A stretch of 64,000 nt of DNA from Monocercomonoides exilis PA203 (Eukaryota; Protista; Preaxostyla). Location: contig LSRY02000017.1 in assembly GCA_001643675.2 (NCBI GenBank), positions 1,054,001 to 1,118,000 of the forward strand, written 5' to 3'. Below, piece by piece: positions 36,443-48,185 of the stretch. Below the pieces are notes generated by a model that worked only from the letters and a program-made list of their open reading frames with translations, had not been told where the DNA came from and ran no database searches. Within the stretch, counting starts at the first letter, position 1. The number at the start of each line of letters is the position of its first letter. The position numbers were made by a program, and so were the translations under genes.

Positions 36443-37916
36443 GGCAAATGCATACTTAACGGCAATTTTAAAATTAATGAAAAAGCAGTTTATATATATA
36501 AAGCAAGTTATTTAGTGTATATATTATGAACAAAATAAGTGCGGAAACCATGATTTTTTGATTTTTGAAATCTATCGTTTTCACATATTTATGGGATTTT
36601 TGATCACTCAAAAATCAAAAATTTCATGGAAGAAGTGTCTGATTCAGACGATTCACTTGCTCTGCCTGGAAAACCTACAAACAAATTATTCAGATTGTTT
36701 CTCAATTCGGAGAAATCTGAAAAATGGATATTTTAGAAAAACATCAAAAACAAGCCAGAATGCAGAAGGCACAGAATTGAAATGGATTTACGGCGTTACT
36801 ATGGGAAGATGATGTGGGTTTGCAGAAAATGCAGCAATTGGAAATCAGTTTGCAAGAAAACATCCTTTTATCGAAGCAGGATATAAATAAATGTGATTTT
36901 GTTAATTATCCTCTTTATTTGGAATGGTGCTAGTGAAAATTTTTGCTCGGAAATGTTGGGAATTCATAGGAACTCTGTTGCATATTGGTCATCTGTTATG
37001 AGGTGTTGCGCAATGGACATCATAAATCAGAATGAAACTATTCTTTGATGTTAAAACATTAGTGTTAAAATAGATGAATATGTTTAAAGGAGAAGAAAAT
37101 AACATAGAGGAAAAAGAAAGAAACAAATGTTGGTCTTTGGTGCAGTGGAGCGAAAGAAAGATAAAATGGATGAAACAAAAAACTTTTTTGTCATGACTGT
37201 TCCAGACCGTTCAGTTTCGAAGTTGATTCCTATCATTCATAAGCACAATCTTCCGCATTCAACAATAATGTCAGATGAATGGAAGGCATATTCATCTCTT
37301 TCTCGTCTTGGACACAACCATCAAACAATGTTCCATAAAAGAAAATTTTATGATGAAGAAACTCACGCATGCACAAATACAATCGAAGGATTATGGAGCC
37401 ATATGAGAAGATTTTTTCCTCCCCATGGAATTCGAGAAATATTTGTTGCTGATCAGTTTGCTTTTTGGATGATTAATAAGAGAAAGATTGTGACATTTAA
37501 AGTATTTGTATCAAAAATTATTTTCAACAAAGAAAAATAAACAGAAGAAGCTGAAGAAGATGAAGAAACAGAAGAAACTGAAGAAGAAATACCTGATTTA
37601 GATGATTTACTTATTTCTAATGACAGCGAAACAAGTGAAACCGATAATATTGACCCAGGCGATGGTTTATCTGCCTCTGAGTATTCAGAAAACTCATAAA
37701 GATAAACTTTTTCATTTTATTTTGATTTTTTATTTTGTTTTTTTTATTTTTTAGAAAAAAATTTGACCCATTTTCATAATTTTTGAAAAATTAAAATTTT
37801 ATTTTAACGAACTTCCGCATGTTTTTATCTACTCAAAACATCACAAATGATGTTTATAAGCAATAATCAAACGAAACGTGCAAGAATTAGAAATTGCTGT
37901 TAAGTGTGCATATGCC
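36443..37916 (+). mobile_element. Second Merlin (IS1595/ISXO2-type) transposon, decayed
   Basis: TIR GGCAAATGCATACTTAACGGCAATTT versus reverse complement GGCATATGCACACTTAACAGCAATTT; internal transposase remnants; no matching TSD. Confidence 0.85.
36626..37699 (+). pseudogene. Fragmented ISXO2-like transposase
   Basis: VFGAVER, TIMSDEWKAY, CTNTIEGLWSHMRR in ORF 37127..37540; upstream KIDE and Zn-ribbon remnants broken by stops and frameshifts; acidic tail follows an in-frame TAA. Confidence 0.85.
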
Positions 37917-38535
37917 GTCCAGAAAATAAAATATTTATTTTTATTGGGACAATAAAGAAAAATGAACAAATAGAATACAACCCTATTCATATACGTATCT
38001 ATATTAAACAATAAGCTTTTTGTAACATGCTAACTTTTGATGAGAACTTATTGTTCTTGGATATACTTTACAATAATTTTTCTTAAAGTTACCGAGGGTT
38101 AATAAGAATTTTCATCCAAAAATGAATAAACCAATCTTTCTAATTCTAATTTTTTTTTATTTTTTCATTCATCTTTGACTTTGTTATCAATAATAATTTC
38201 TTTTATAAAATCATTATATCTTTAAAGCAAGGCTAACTCTCTTTCAGATTAAATTAAATTATGAAAAAAGGAATATACTCATCAAAAGATACACTCCTCG
38301 AATCATAGGTATCGAAGTGATAAAAAAATGACGCAAATGAACGAGTTTAAAAATCTGATATCATTGTGAAGTCTTAACTTTGATCTGTTATACAGCTTGT
38401 ATCTCAGCTGCTTTCAAGATCATACAAAGAGAGTAAACCCAATAATCACTCCACAAGTTTTTCTTGTTAACATCCTCTTCATTCACTACTCAACTCTTCT
38501 TCCCTCAATCTCTTCTCCTTTTGTCATTCGAGGAA

Positions 38536-40363
38536 TCAGAAGAATGGAAGACCAGAATCTGCGCCTTCCTTAACAATTGTCTCAAAGTATTGATAAATTG
38601 TTGTCACGGCAAGTAAGATACCAGTGCCTGAACCCATGGCTCCCAAAAAGTCCGCCAACACAGTCAGCAACCCAACGCACATACCTCCGAAAGATGCTGC
38701 AATGGGAATGTAACGATTCAATTCATGAACAGTCGATTGTTCACGATGTCCGGGGAAGAAAACTTGTTGTTGCTTCAATGTTTCCGCAACGTCCTTCGCT
38801 GATGAGCCAGAAACATCAATCCACAACCTTGAGAACAGAGCAGTAGTTCCCAACATGAAAACTATATACACAATAGCATGAAGGGGATCTCTGATAACAT
38901 CGCCAAATGAACGAGGTGGAGAGATAAAATATACAAGTCCTCCTACTGGCGTCATCTGTGATGATCCTTCATTAGATTGCCATTCTCCGATCATTTTGAT
39001 CAAGAAGCTTTTAGGAAGTGATTTGTACAGCATTTGAGATAAGAAATACACTAACGACACGAGTGATGACTGAAGGATGATTGGTGTATTTGAGGTGTAG
39101 AACAGTTTAATTGGATAAGAACCTTGATAGTTACGTGATTGACGATGCTTCAATGAAAGTTCGACGCGAACACCCTGGAAGTAAACAACTACCAAAAAGA
39201 CTATAACCGTTGCAAGCAATGACGAGACGTTTGGCAAATGTTGACGAGTGAATGCTTCGGCAAGAGCTCTTCCTTTATCGGAACGCGTGATTAAAAGATG
39301 TATCAGAGCAATTATGCATCCCTCAAATTCAGTTCCTCTTCCATAGTTTGCAGTATTTGGAGAAAAGCATTGCCATACAATATTCTCGCAAATGTTTGTT
39401 GCAATAAACAAAGAAATACCGCTTCCTATTCCATATCCTTTCTGCAAGAATTCATCCTAAAATAAATAATTACATTATTTGTATTTAAAATAAAATATCA
39501 TTTTTATCTAATTGCTTTAAAAAGCAAACCAATAGGGTAATAACAAGTCCTGAAACGCTCAACTGAACAACCAAAATAAAAGCGGTCCAGAATCCAATTT
39601 CTCTAACTGGTCCATACATTCCAGCCAGAACATATGCGAGTGCTTGCACAATGGTAAAAATTAATCCAGCTAATTTTTGAACTCCATTAAATAACGCTCG
39701 TTCGGATTTAACGCTTTGATCAACGTCAATCAGTTTTGTTCCGGCAAGCAATTGGATGATCATTCCCGATGTCACAATCGGTGAAATGCCAAGCTCCATC
39801 AATGTACCTGATGAAAGTTATTTAAATATTAAAATCATCAAAAAAGCGAATAATAAATAATAATTTAAATAATAATAGAATGTAAAAAAATCACAATATG
39901 AATGATTGAAATTATTATTACAATACATTCAACAAAGTCATGTCTATTTTCATTGAACACAATCTTAAATCTCCAAACGTACACGCGTCACACCTCTGTT
40001 TGATGCCATGATTGAACGCAACCAATAAAAAGGATCTGATCCTTTTGCTTTAGTAATTCCAACAAGTGGAATTCTTGAGTAAAGCAAAAACAGCAACAAT
40101 GTCAGCAGAGTGTAAATTATTTTTTGCTTGAACGGTACCTGTACAATGAAAACAATACAAAGAAAAGTTTACAATGTAACGATAGGTACAGTCACCGAAA
40201 ATTCCGGTTATAAAAGAAATGTCAAACAATTTTAACGGGCTGTGTCACTTCAGGCACAAATTGAACAAAAGGCTTGCAGAAATCAAGAAACTTTCCTTTA
40301 TATACACAATATATATATAAAATTATCAATTCAATTCATAAGACAATCACATTCCAAACCCAT
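38536..40363 (-). CDS. SEC61A: Protein transport protein Sec61 subunit alpha
   Basis: Spliced: MG|[16 protein letters not shown]...[17 protein letters not shown]|[20 protein letters not shown]...|[24 protein letters not shown]...[17 protein letters not shown]...[10 protein letters not shown]. Confidence 0.97.
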
Positions 40364-40552
40364 CGCGTCTTTTTGATCAACCCTTATTTTGTCTTTTCAG
40401 TTTGAAAAGATGTCAATGGAATTTTTGTTGACAAATAAAATTCATACAACAATATGCAATAACTTATCTTTGTTAATAACATAATCACACTTTCAAAAAG
40501 GGAACCATCATATATATATTTTTATTTTTCTCTTATTTATTAATTTTTAAAT

Positions 40553-41997
40553 ATGTCTCAAATGCAATCACAAAAATCACCCAAAGATATTTTGCAATTA
40601 GTATTATCATATAAAGAAAGAGGAAAATCTGCTAAAGATTGTGTTGCTGAGTTAACCAACGATTTTGATGAAGATTATAAAACGGATAATCTTGAATCAG
40701 ACAACATGCAAGATGATGCAGACGAAAACAATCTTATGAAATCCTTAGATAATTTATCAAAAAACATTAATGATAAAATTCATCAAGTTGTAGACGACGC
40801 TCAACACTCTCCGGAACACTCTGATAATAATTTACCTGCTCAACAACAATTGTCAAACATACTTGATAAGCTGTATTTTTTTATGACTTCTATATGCGTT
40901 ATTCTTTTTGAGGTACTCTTCTTAATGTACAGTTTCTGTATCAAAAAAGAAAGCGGAATGGATTCACGCACAGTTATTTTAATGAATATATCATGCATGT
41001 TTTCATTAGTAAAGATATTTTCATTCTCCGCACAGATTTTTGAGCAGCTTACACACCACATCGTAAATCATGAGGCGAGACGAACTCTTTGGCCAGTTTA
41101 CACATATCTGCTGTGTATCATAAATGACTTCATATCTATTAAAACAATTATTAGCTTGTACAAGCAGAAGCACCTCTATGAGAGCAGAATATTATTTAAT
41201 CATAAGTTGCTCCAGATATTTAGAATTCTTGATATTTTGTTTAGCATAAAACAAATAAGGGATCTGGTTTGTTAGGTGAATTGTATTTTGTAGCATCACT
41301 TAAATTATTCAAACTCTCAGTTTAATAGAAATTATGAAAGTAGTCTATTGAAAAGAATTATTAAACGTTTGTCAGATGGGATTAGAAATCAATTACAGCT
41401 ACGAAATGTTTCACTTCTGGAATTAAGAAAATGTTTGCCATCATCTTGTATTTTTCCATGATTTTAATTTTTTTTCATCATTACTCTTTTTAAAAATTTC
41501 CCCTTCATCTTTCTTCCAATGTATTTTTCTGAATTTATAATGACATTTATATATACATTTTTTCCTTTCCTCATAAAAAGTCTTTTTCGAAATGACATTT
41601 CATCTCATATTTCTTGTGATACTGTACAAGAAATTATATCCCACTCATTTCATTATCAAACATCCATTCCATTGGGCCAATTTATTGCTATACACCATTT
41701 TTATTTCAGATTTATTTGTGAGAATATCACTCTTAAGAATGAGATCTGGATTGGTCTGCGATTCTTTTTATCAATTTTTTTCAAACTGCTTTTTCCTTCT
41801 TATTTATTAATATGTTTTAGGAACCTTTATTGATTCCAGCTATCTTTTGCAAAGGCATACCTGGAACTGTCTTTGCTTCCATTATTTCATTTTTCTTATC
41901 GCTTATACCAGATTGGGAACCCGAATTGACGTTCCATCCCAGAGTTGCAAATGCTCCTCAACCCACTGTTCAAGTGAACGATGAAGTTCAGGAATGA
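40553..41997 (+). CDS. Hypothetical multi-pass membrane protein (~400 aa)
   Basis: Exons 40553-41266, 41321-41447, 41581-41753, 41821-41997 join in frame across GT-AG introns; several hydrophobic segments. Confidence 0.65.
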
Positions 41998-42227
41998 ATC
42001 CGCGAATATCTGAATATTTGTTGAACTTATTTCAATTCATTCACACTTGAATAGCTTGTCTCATCTTTCTCCTTCTTTTGAAACATTGTTGAATAATACC
42101 TTTTTTACACAAAGAAATAAAAAGGGTACATTAACTTTTTGTTTTGTTTGCGTGTGATTTTTTTTATTAAATTGAATAATATATTGATTTTTTAATAATT
42201 TATTTGTTGTGAATTTTAGAATAACTT

Positions 42228-42747
42228 TCAAGTCATTCCTCTTGAACCATGCTAAATTTTAATAAAAATAAAAAAAAGATTATGCGAAAATCAAATTCAA
42301 AAATTTTAACATACTATTTTTCTTTCATAAAAGTCATCTGCCTTACTTGTTCCAATATTTATTATTTTGGGGCATCCTTCCCTGTCTTTTTCTTGCATCG
42401 TGCATTCTTTGCAATAATATGCATCAGCAACACCAGGTCCACCACAAATTACGCATCTGCCAGCATATGATCCATAGTTGCATTCATCGCAAATATGAAC
42501 CTAAATATCGAAAAATACGTTCAACACATTTTAAAAAAATATTTGTAAAACAAATACCAATGTAGTTGGTCTTGAGTATGAATCACAAATAACACAACGA
42601 CCGTCACATCCTTCGCACAATCTCCCAATAGCCGTTCCAGTTTGTTTTCTGCAAAACATTAAATCTGGATGATGTTTCTATTTTGAAAGATTAAAAATTT
42701 GTTATGTCAACAAAACATCTACAATTAATTCAAAAGCATACAGCCAT
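42228..42747 (-). CDS. PHF5A: PHD finger-like domain protein 5A / Rds3 (SF3b subunit, U2 snRNP)
   Basis: Missed by the ORF track. Four exons give MA|[40 protein letters not shown]|[62 protein letters not shown]|HGSRGMT*. Confidence 0.97.
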
Positions 42748-42956
42748 TTTCAATATAAATATATTTAATAAGAAAATTTGTGTTAACAAAATATATTACA
42801 CATGTTTCTGATCAATTAATTCAATATCTTTGTTGATTTTCAAATATTCTGCATATGTTTGTGCTGTTTTCATTTCAATCAAACTTTTGCATCAATTAAG
42901 CAGAAATGTGATCTGAAAACTAATTTAAAACAGAACTTGAATTTTATTAAAAATTC

Positions 42957-45151
42957 ATGACTAATACCCCAATTGGAAAATTTATTTTACCTCCAACAGA
43001 GGTCCAGACTTTGATTGAAAAAACAGCGCAATTTATTGCAGAAAAAGGAGCTTCATTCGAACAAAAACTTCTTGATGATCAAAAAGATAATCATCGTTTT
43101 GAATTTTTGAAACCCGAGTCTCAATATCATCAATTTTATGCGCACACGCTTCATCAAAAGATTGTCGAAGGAGGTATGAAAAATAGATTTATTTATTTGT
43201 ATTTTTTACGAAATGATTTCTTCATTTTATATTTGATATCTGTTTTAAAGCTTACAAGAAAGCGGGGCTTGAATCTGAAATTGTCAAAAAAGACAAGCAA
43301 AAAGTTATTTATTTTTATTTTTATAGGTTTAACGAAGCTTGTTGTCATTTCATTTTTAGGAAAAGAAGACAAGTCACACTGTTGAAAGGGCAGCTCAAAT
43401 TAGAAAAATTCCAAAGGAGGCACCCCCTCCATTTAGATTTGCTGTAGATCCTCCAAATCAAATCACTACTTTAGAATTGTTTGTTGTAAGTTTATTTTTT
43501 GACTTTATCAATATTATTTTTGATTGTGTTTTTTAGAGAACAAATAAAGTTAACTGCCTTGTTTGCTGCAAAAAATGGAATGCAATTCATTCAAAGCCTT
43601 CCAGAAAATGTTAAGGCAAGCCCTCAATTCGAATTTCTTCAGCCAAGCAGCACAAGGTACTTTTATTATCAGTCGCTAATTCAACAATACGAGATGTGTC
43701 TTCGCCCATCTCCAGAATGCCTCAAAAAAATAGACCTAGAAGCAGATTCAAAGTTTGCTTCTCAATTATTGTTCATTTAAAGAAAAGTTGATATTTTATT
43801 CCATTGTGAAAAAAATATTTTTTTTAATTTTAAATTTTAATTTTGAAATGAATGGTTATTTTTACAGATTCGCAATTTTTAAACGCATTCAAAAGCGAGC
43901 AGCGTGGGAGCGCTGGGCGGAAGAGACGAAGCAGCGGGACGCGCTTGCTGCGGAGGCAGAGCGAGACAACGAGGCTGCGCAGATTGATTGGCACGACTTT
44001 GTGGTTGTGGAGAGAGTTGTGTTTGACGACGACGAGGATGAGGATAAGGACAGGCAAAAAGAGAACAGCGGGCTTTTGAACTTGGGCGCTTCCACAGATG
44101 ACCACAACGCACACATAGGTGTGAAATTTCAAGCTGACACAAATGTTTTGTGCATGAAGGCAATGACTGTTTCGATGAGCCTTCTTCTTCTTCTTCTATT
44201 TTTTTATTTAAAAAATCAATTGCGTTGTTTCGAATGCAAATTTATTATTTTATTTTATTAATATTTTCTTTCTTTCTTTTTAACATTTTTTTTAAAAAAA
44301 AAACACATAATTCTATCAACTGTATTCATTTCCCCCCCCTATTTTTCACAGATTTCCTCGCATCTTCACTCGGAGGAGCGTCTATTGAAGGGCCGACATT
44401 TCAGCTGGGGCACGGCCGAGACGAGTCAGAAGACGTCGATATGGACATGGACATTGAGGAAAACGACGAGCAGCACCAGACAACATCCACTTCACACCCA
44501 CACACAGCCACATCATCATCATCTTCTTCTTCTTCATCTTCTGCTTCTTCTACTTCTGCTTCTTCTGCTGCAAATGCCACTCCTCTTTCGCGCGCCCACA
44601 CGCTCGCAGCAGCAGCCGCTGCGTCGCTGCGGATGGTGGTGTGCTCGTTCTGCGGGAAGGAGATTCCGGAGTCAGAGATCGACCAGCACATCAAAATGGA
44701 GATGAGCGACAGCACAGCCAGGCAGAAGCGCATACAGGCAATGAACAAGACAAAGGCCCTCTCTGCCTCGACGGGGGACGAAATCGCCATCTCGCTCCAG
44801 CGCTTCGCAGAGCGCAGGCCGGATATCTTTTCGAGCACAGGGAAGGAAAGCGCAGAGGAAAAGGCAGCGAGAGAAGCGAAGCTTGCTGAGGAGAGGAGGA
44901 TTGCACTGCAGAGAGAGGCTGGTGCCTGGGACGGAAGATTCGCTTCAAAGGCCACAGCCTCTTCAATTGCTCAATATCTTCCACAATCGTCTTCTTTCAC
45001 TCCAGATAAGCAGTTTGGACCGCAGATGGATGAGCAGCAACAATATATGCAGGAACCTCAAAAAAGACTGTTTGGAGATGGAATTCATCAAAATGGAATG
45101 AATCCTCAGTTTTCAAATTTGAATATGTCCAAGCGTACAAGAACAGAATGA
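42957..45151 (+). CDS. SF3A1: Splicing factor 3A subunit 1 / Prp21 (U2 snRNP)
   Basis: Two SURP domains (LIEKTAQFIAEKGASFEQKL...FEFLKPESQYHQFY; IKLTALFAAKNGMQF...PQFEFLQPS), AQIDWHDFVVVE, and LQRFAERRPDIF...WDG motifs across multiple introns. Confidence 0.95.
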
Positions 45152-45276
45152 TATATTTTGATTTAATAAATTTATTATTTATTTTTAAGTGTTTATTTTC
45201 AAGCATTTCAATAAAAAATTATCAGTTAATGATATTTTAAACTTTTTCATGGGATGATCAAAAGACAATTATTTTA

Positions 45277-47759
45277 ATGTCTCATTTGAGGGATGAAGAA
45301 GATGAATCATTAAATTTACCAGAAGGGAAACAAGGCACGCATTAAGAATTTTATTTTTAGATTTATTATATATGTGCTTTCTTTGCAACAAATATGATAC
45401 TCATATTTCATCGAAAAATATTTTTTAAAATTCAAAAGAGCGGATCATCGAATGTCCTTATATGGACACTATAAACAGATCAATTTTAAATTTTGATTTT
45501 GAAAAGTGTTGCTGTGTTACGTTATCTACAGTTAATGTTTATGCTTGTCTTGTGTGTGGAAAATATTTCCAAGGTTTGACACTATTTTTTGTTTATTAAT
45601 TATTTTTTGTTTACTATTTTGTACAACAGGAAGAAGCGAAAAAACACCTGCCTACTCTCATTCGCTACAAGCGGAACATCATGTTTTTATGAATATGAAA
45701 ACTTTGAAGGTTACATTTTTTTTTACATTTTTGGAAATTAAACTCTCTTATTTTTATACGATATTTAGGCTTATTGTCTTCCAGATGGATATGAAATCAT
45801 TGACGATTCTTTGAATGATATCAAAGTTTGTTGCAAATCATTTCGATTATTTATCTTTTTAACTTCAAAAATATCTGTCAGAGAGTTATACGCCCCCAGT
45901 TCAATATCGCATACATAACAGGATTGGAAAATGACATTCGTACGTGTCGTGCGTTGGATGGAACATTGTTTTATCCAGGTTACGTTGGCTTAAACAATAT
46001 TGATGGAAATGATCATGTTGCATGTGTAATTCATGTTTGAAATCTTTTTATTTCAAAATCCAATTGAAACAATCTTAATCATTTATATTGTTTGCAGGCA
46101 TTAGGACAGATTCCCCTATTTCGGAATTTTTTCTTGGATAATGATGTCTTTCGAATTGTATGCACTTGAGCAATATCCAAAACCATTTCAATATTTTCAA
46201 TTTTCCATGTTTTTTTTAATTTTAAATTTTTTGATAACAACTTCTTTGTCTCAACCAACGTATCGCAACATTCAGTTACATTCTCGGGCACAGCTTCCAG
46301 CGAGTGCACCCACACCTGAAGAAGCCGCGACTCGCCCTTCGCCCACCGTTGTATCACACGCCCTCTCAACGCTCCTGCGGCAGATGTGGTCTCCCTTCAA
46401 CTTCAAGTCCCACGTCTCTGCCCAGACATTCATTCACCTCGTCTCTCTCTTCCAGCCGTCTCTGATCACTTCACACTCATCTTCAACTTCATCTTCATCT
46501 TCATCCTCTTCCTCTTCCAGCTCGTCTTCTCGTGCCTCTTCCGCTGGCTTTGCTGCGATGTCCTCATCGTCAATTGCTCGCTCCTCCATCGCAGCGTCGG
46601 CAGACGAGCACCATTCACTTCCCCGTGACGCCCTTCGCTTCTTGCTGTGGCTGCTCAGCATTGTTGACTCAGAATGTGGGGATGTTATTTCGCCACAGAT
46701 GCAGCAGTCGTCCAAAGACGATTCTTCAAAACATCCAAATGAGAAGAAGAAGAAGAAGCAGGGTTTGTTGTTATTATTATCATTAAGGAATATTTCATTT
46801 TTTCCCACTTTGTTTAATGATAATAACAAATCAACTTTTTCTTCTGTGCGTTTGTCGTTGATTGTTGTTTAGGCATAATAAAGTCCAGCTTCCAAGGCTC
46901 ATTGAAAATAATAACACAGACACCATCCTCCTCCTCCACCTCATCTTCACCAGAATCTCAATCATCGTCATCATCTCCTTCTTCTTCTCCCTCTTCTTCC
47001 TCCTCTCCCTCTTCCTCCTCCTCTTCATCAACTGACACTTCGACCAAAACCACACAACACAAGCCATTTTTAGTGCTCACCCTCGATCTCCCTCCCATCC
47101 CTCTCTTCCCAGTCGACGAGGACGACGAGGAGAGCCACAGCGGCGTGACGTCCACGCAGGCCGGCATTCAGCAGGTGCCTCTTCCCATTCTGCTGGAGAA
47201 GTACTCAGGCAAATTCATTCCTGTTGTCCCTGTGTCTGCTGTGGGGACGTCGGCTTCTCTTCCTCTCGCAGAAACACCCACGAGGTCAATGAAGATTACG
47301 AAGTTCCCTCCGTTTCTCATACTCCACTTCAACAGATTTATTAAGAACCAGTTTTTCTATGAAAAGAACCCGACGCTTGTGACTTTCCCGATTTCTGGGC
47401 TTAATTTGGCTGAATGTTTGATTAATTTTATTTTTTTAATCTTCAAATAATTTTTTTCATTAACATAATTATTATTTAGATGGACTGTGCAATGAACGAA
47501 TTATATACGATTTAATAGCTTCAATATCACACGAGGGCTCAATTCAAGATGGTAAATATATTGTGCATGTTTATAAGCCAGTTTGTTCAAAAAGCTAATT
47601 AAATAATTTTTCACAATTTTCTTTTAAAAAAAATTAACTTTTGAATAGTCTGTAAAGCAATGGTTTTCGATTGAAGGACTTGTTGTTGAAGAAGTCTTGC
47701 CACAAACAGTTATGCTATCATCTGCCTTCATTCAGATATACCAAAAAAGACCTTTATGA
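45277..47759 (+). CDS. USP39: U4/U6.U5 tri-snRNP-associated protein Sad1 / USP39 (inactive USP family)
   Basis: CPYMDTINRSILNFDFEKCCCVTLSTVNVYACLVCGKYFQG (ZnF-UBP), PGYVGLNNIDGND (Asp at the catalytic Cys position), LRQMWSPFNFKSHVS, PFLVLTLDLPPIPLF, FFYEKNPTLVTFP; many introns. Confidence 0.95.
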
Positions 47760-47916
47760 AGAAAGAAAACTTTTTCGATTTGCGAAAAAGATTTATAAAT
47801 CTTTTTTATTATAAATTTAATAAGATTAAAAATAATTGAAAATTTATTTGCATATTTAAAAATTCAAAATACTTTTCATTTTGATCACAACCATATTTTG
47901 ATTATCAAAAACTGAA

Positions 47917-47924
47917 TATAAAAG
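47917..47924 (+). promoter_or_regulatory. Possible TATA box ~30 nt upstream of U4 snRNA
   Basis: TATAAAAG begins 32 nt before the predicted U4 5' end; the AT-rich background makes this weak. Confidence 0.35.
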
Positions 47925-47948
47925 AAAAGCGTTGGAAAGATCAAATTT

Positions 47949-48088
47949 ATCCTTGCGCTTGGGGCAATTGTTCGGCTATGATCTTGTTGAGCCTTACATA
48001 TTGCTGGTTGAAAACTATACCCAATGCCCGCGGTACGACACGAAATGTGTCGGACTGCAATTTTTGGAAGCTGTCTTTCATGGCAGCA
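47949..48088 (+). ncRNA. U4: U4 spliceosomal snRNA
   Basis: 5' ATCCTTGCGCTTGGGGCA (U4/U6 stem II), 5' stem-loop with kink-turn GGC-TAT-GA...GA-GCC closed by GCAAT/ATTGC, TGCTGGTTGAAAACT (stem I and conserved linker), central hairpin GCGGT-CGACAC/GTGTCG-ACTGC, Sm site AATTTTTGG (48059-48067), terminal hairpin GCTGTC/GGCAGC. Confidence 0.93.
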
Positions 48089-48185
48089 TAAGCTTACGTT
48101 CTATCTGTTAATAGAAATTGCTTTGAATGAATCAATTTATTTTATTTAAAAAAAAAAATAATGATAATAATAAAGGAATTATCAA

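Noticed and set aside
22593-37916. The two Merlin elements as ends of one composite transposon carrying the receptor gene
   Set aside because: Their TIRs differ, the first has its own complete TSD, and the outer flanks do not match.
40553-41997. Faint resemblance of the membrane protein to PEX16
   Set aside because: Only a few residues (RRxLxxxYxYLL) agree and the spliced protein has additional TM segments; not supportable without a profile search.
41840-42086. Possible minus-strand gene starting at ATG 42086
   Set aside because: It overlaps the last exon of the plus-strand gene, whose four exons splice cleanly in frame; the minus frame soon stops.
47948-48095. Minus-strand reading frame AYAAMKDSFQKLQ... 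as a final TTI1 exon
   Set aside because: No phase-compatible splice from the visible donor, and the sequence is fully explained as the antisense of U4 snRNA.
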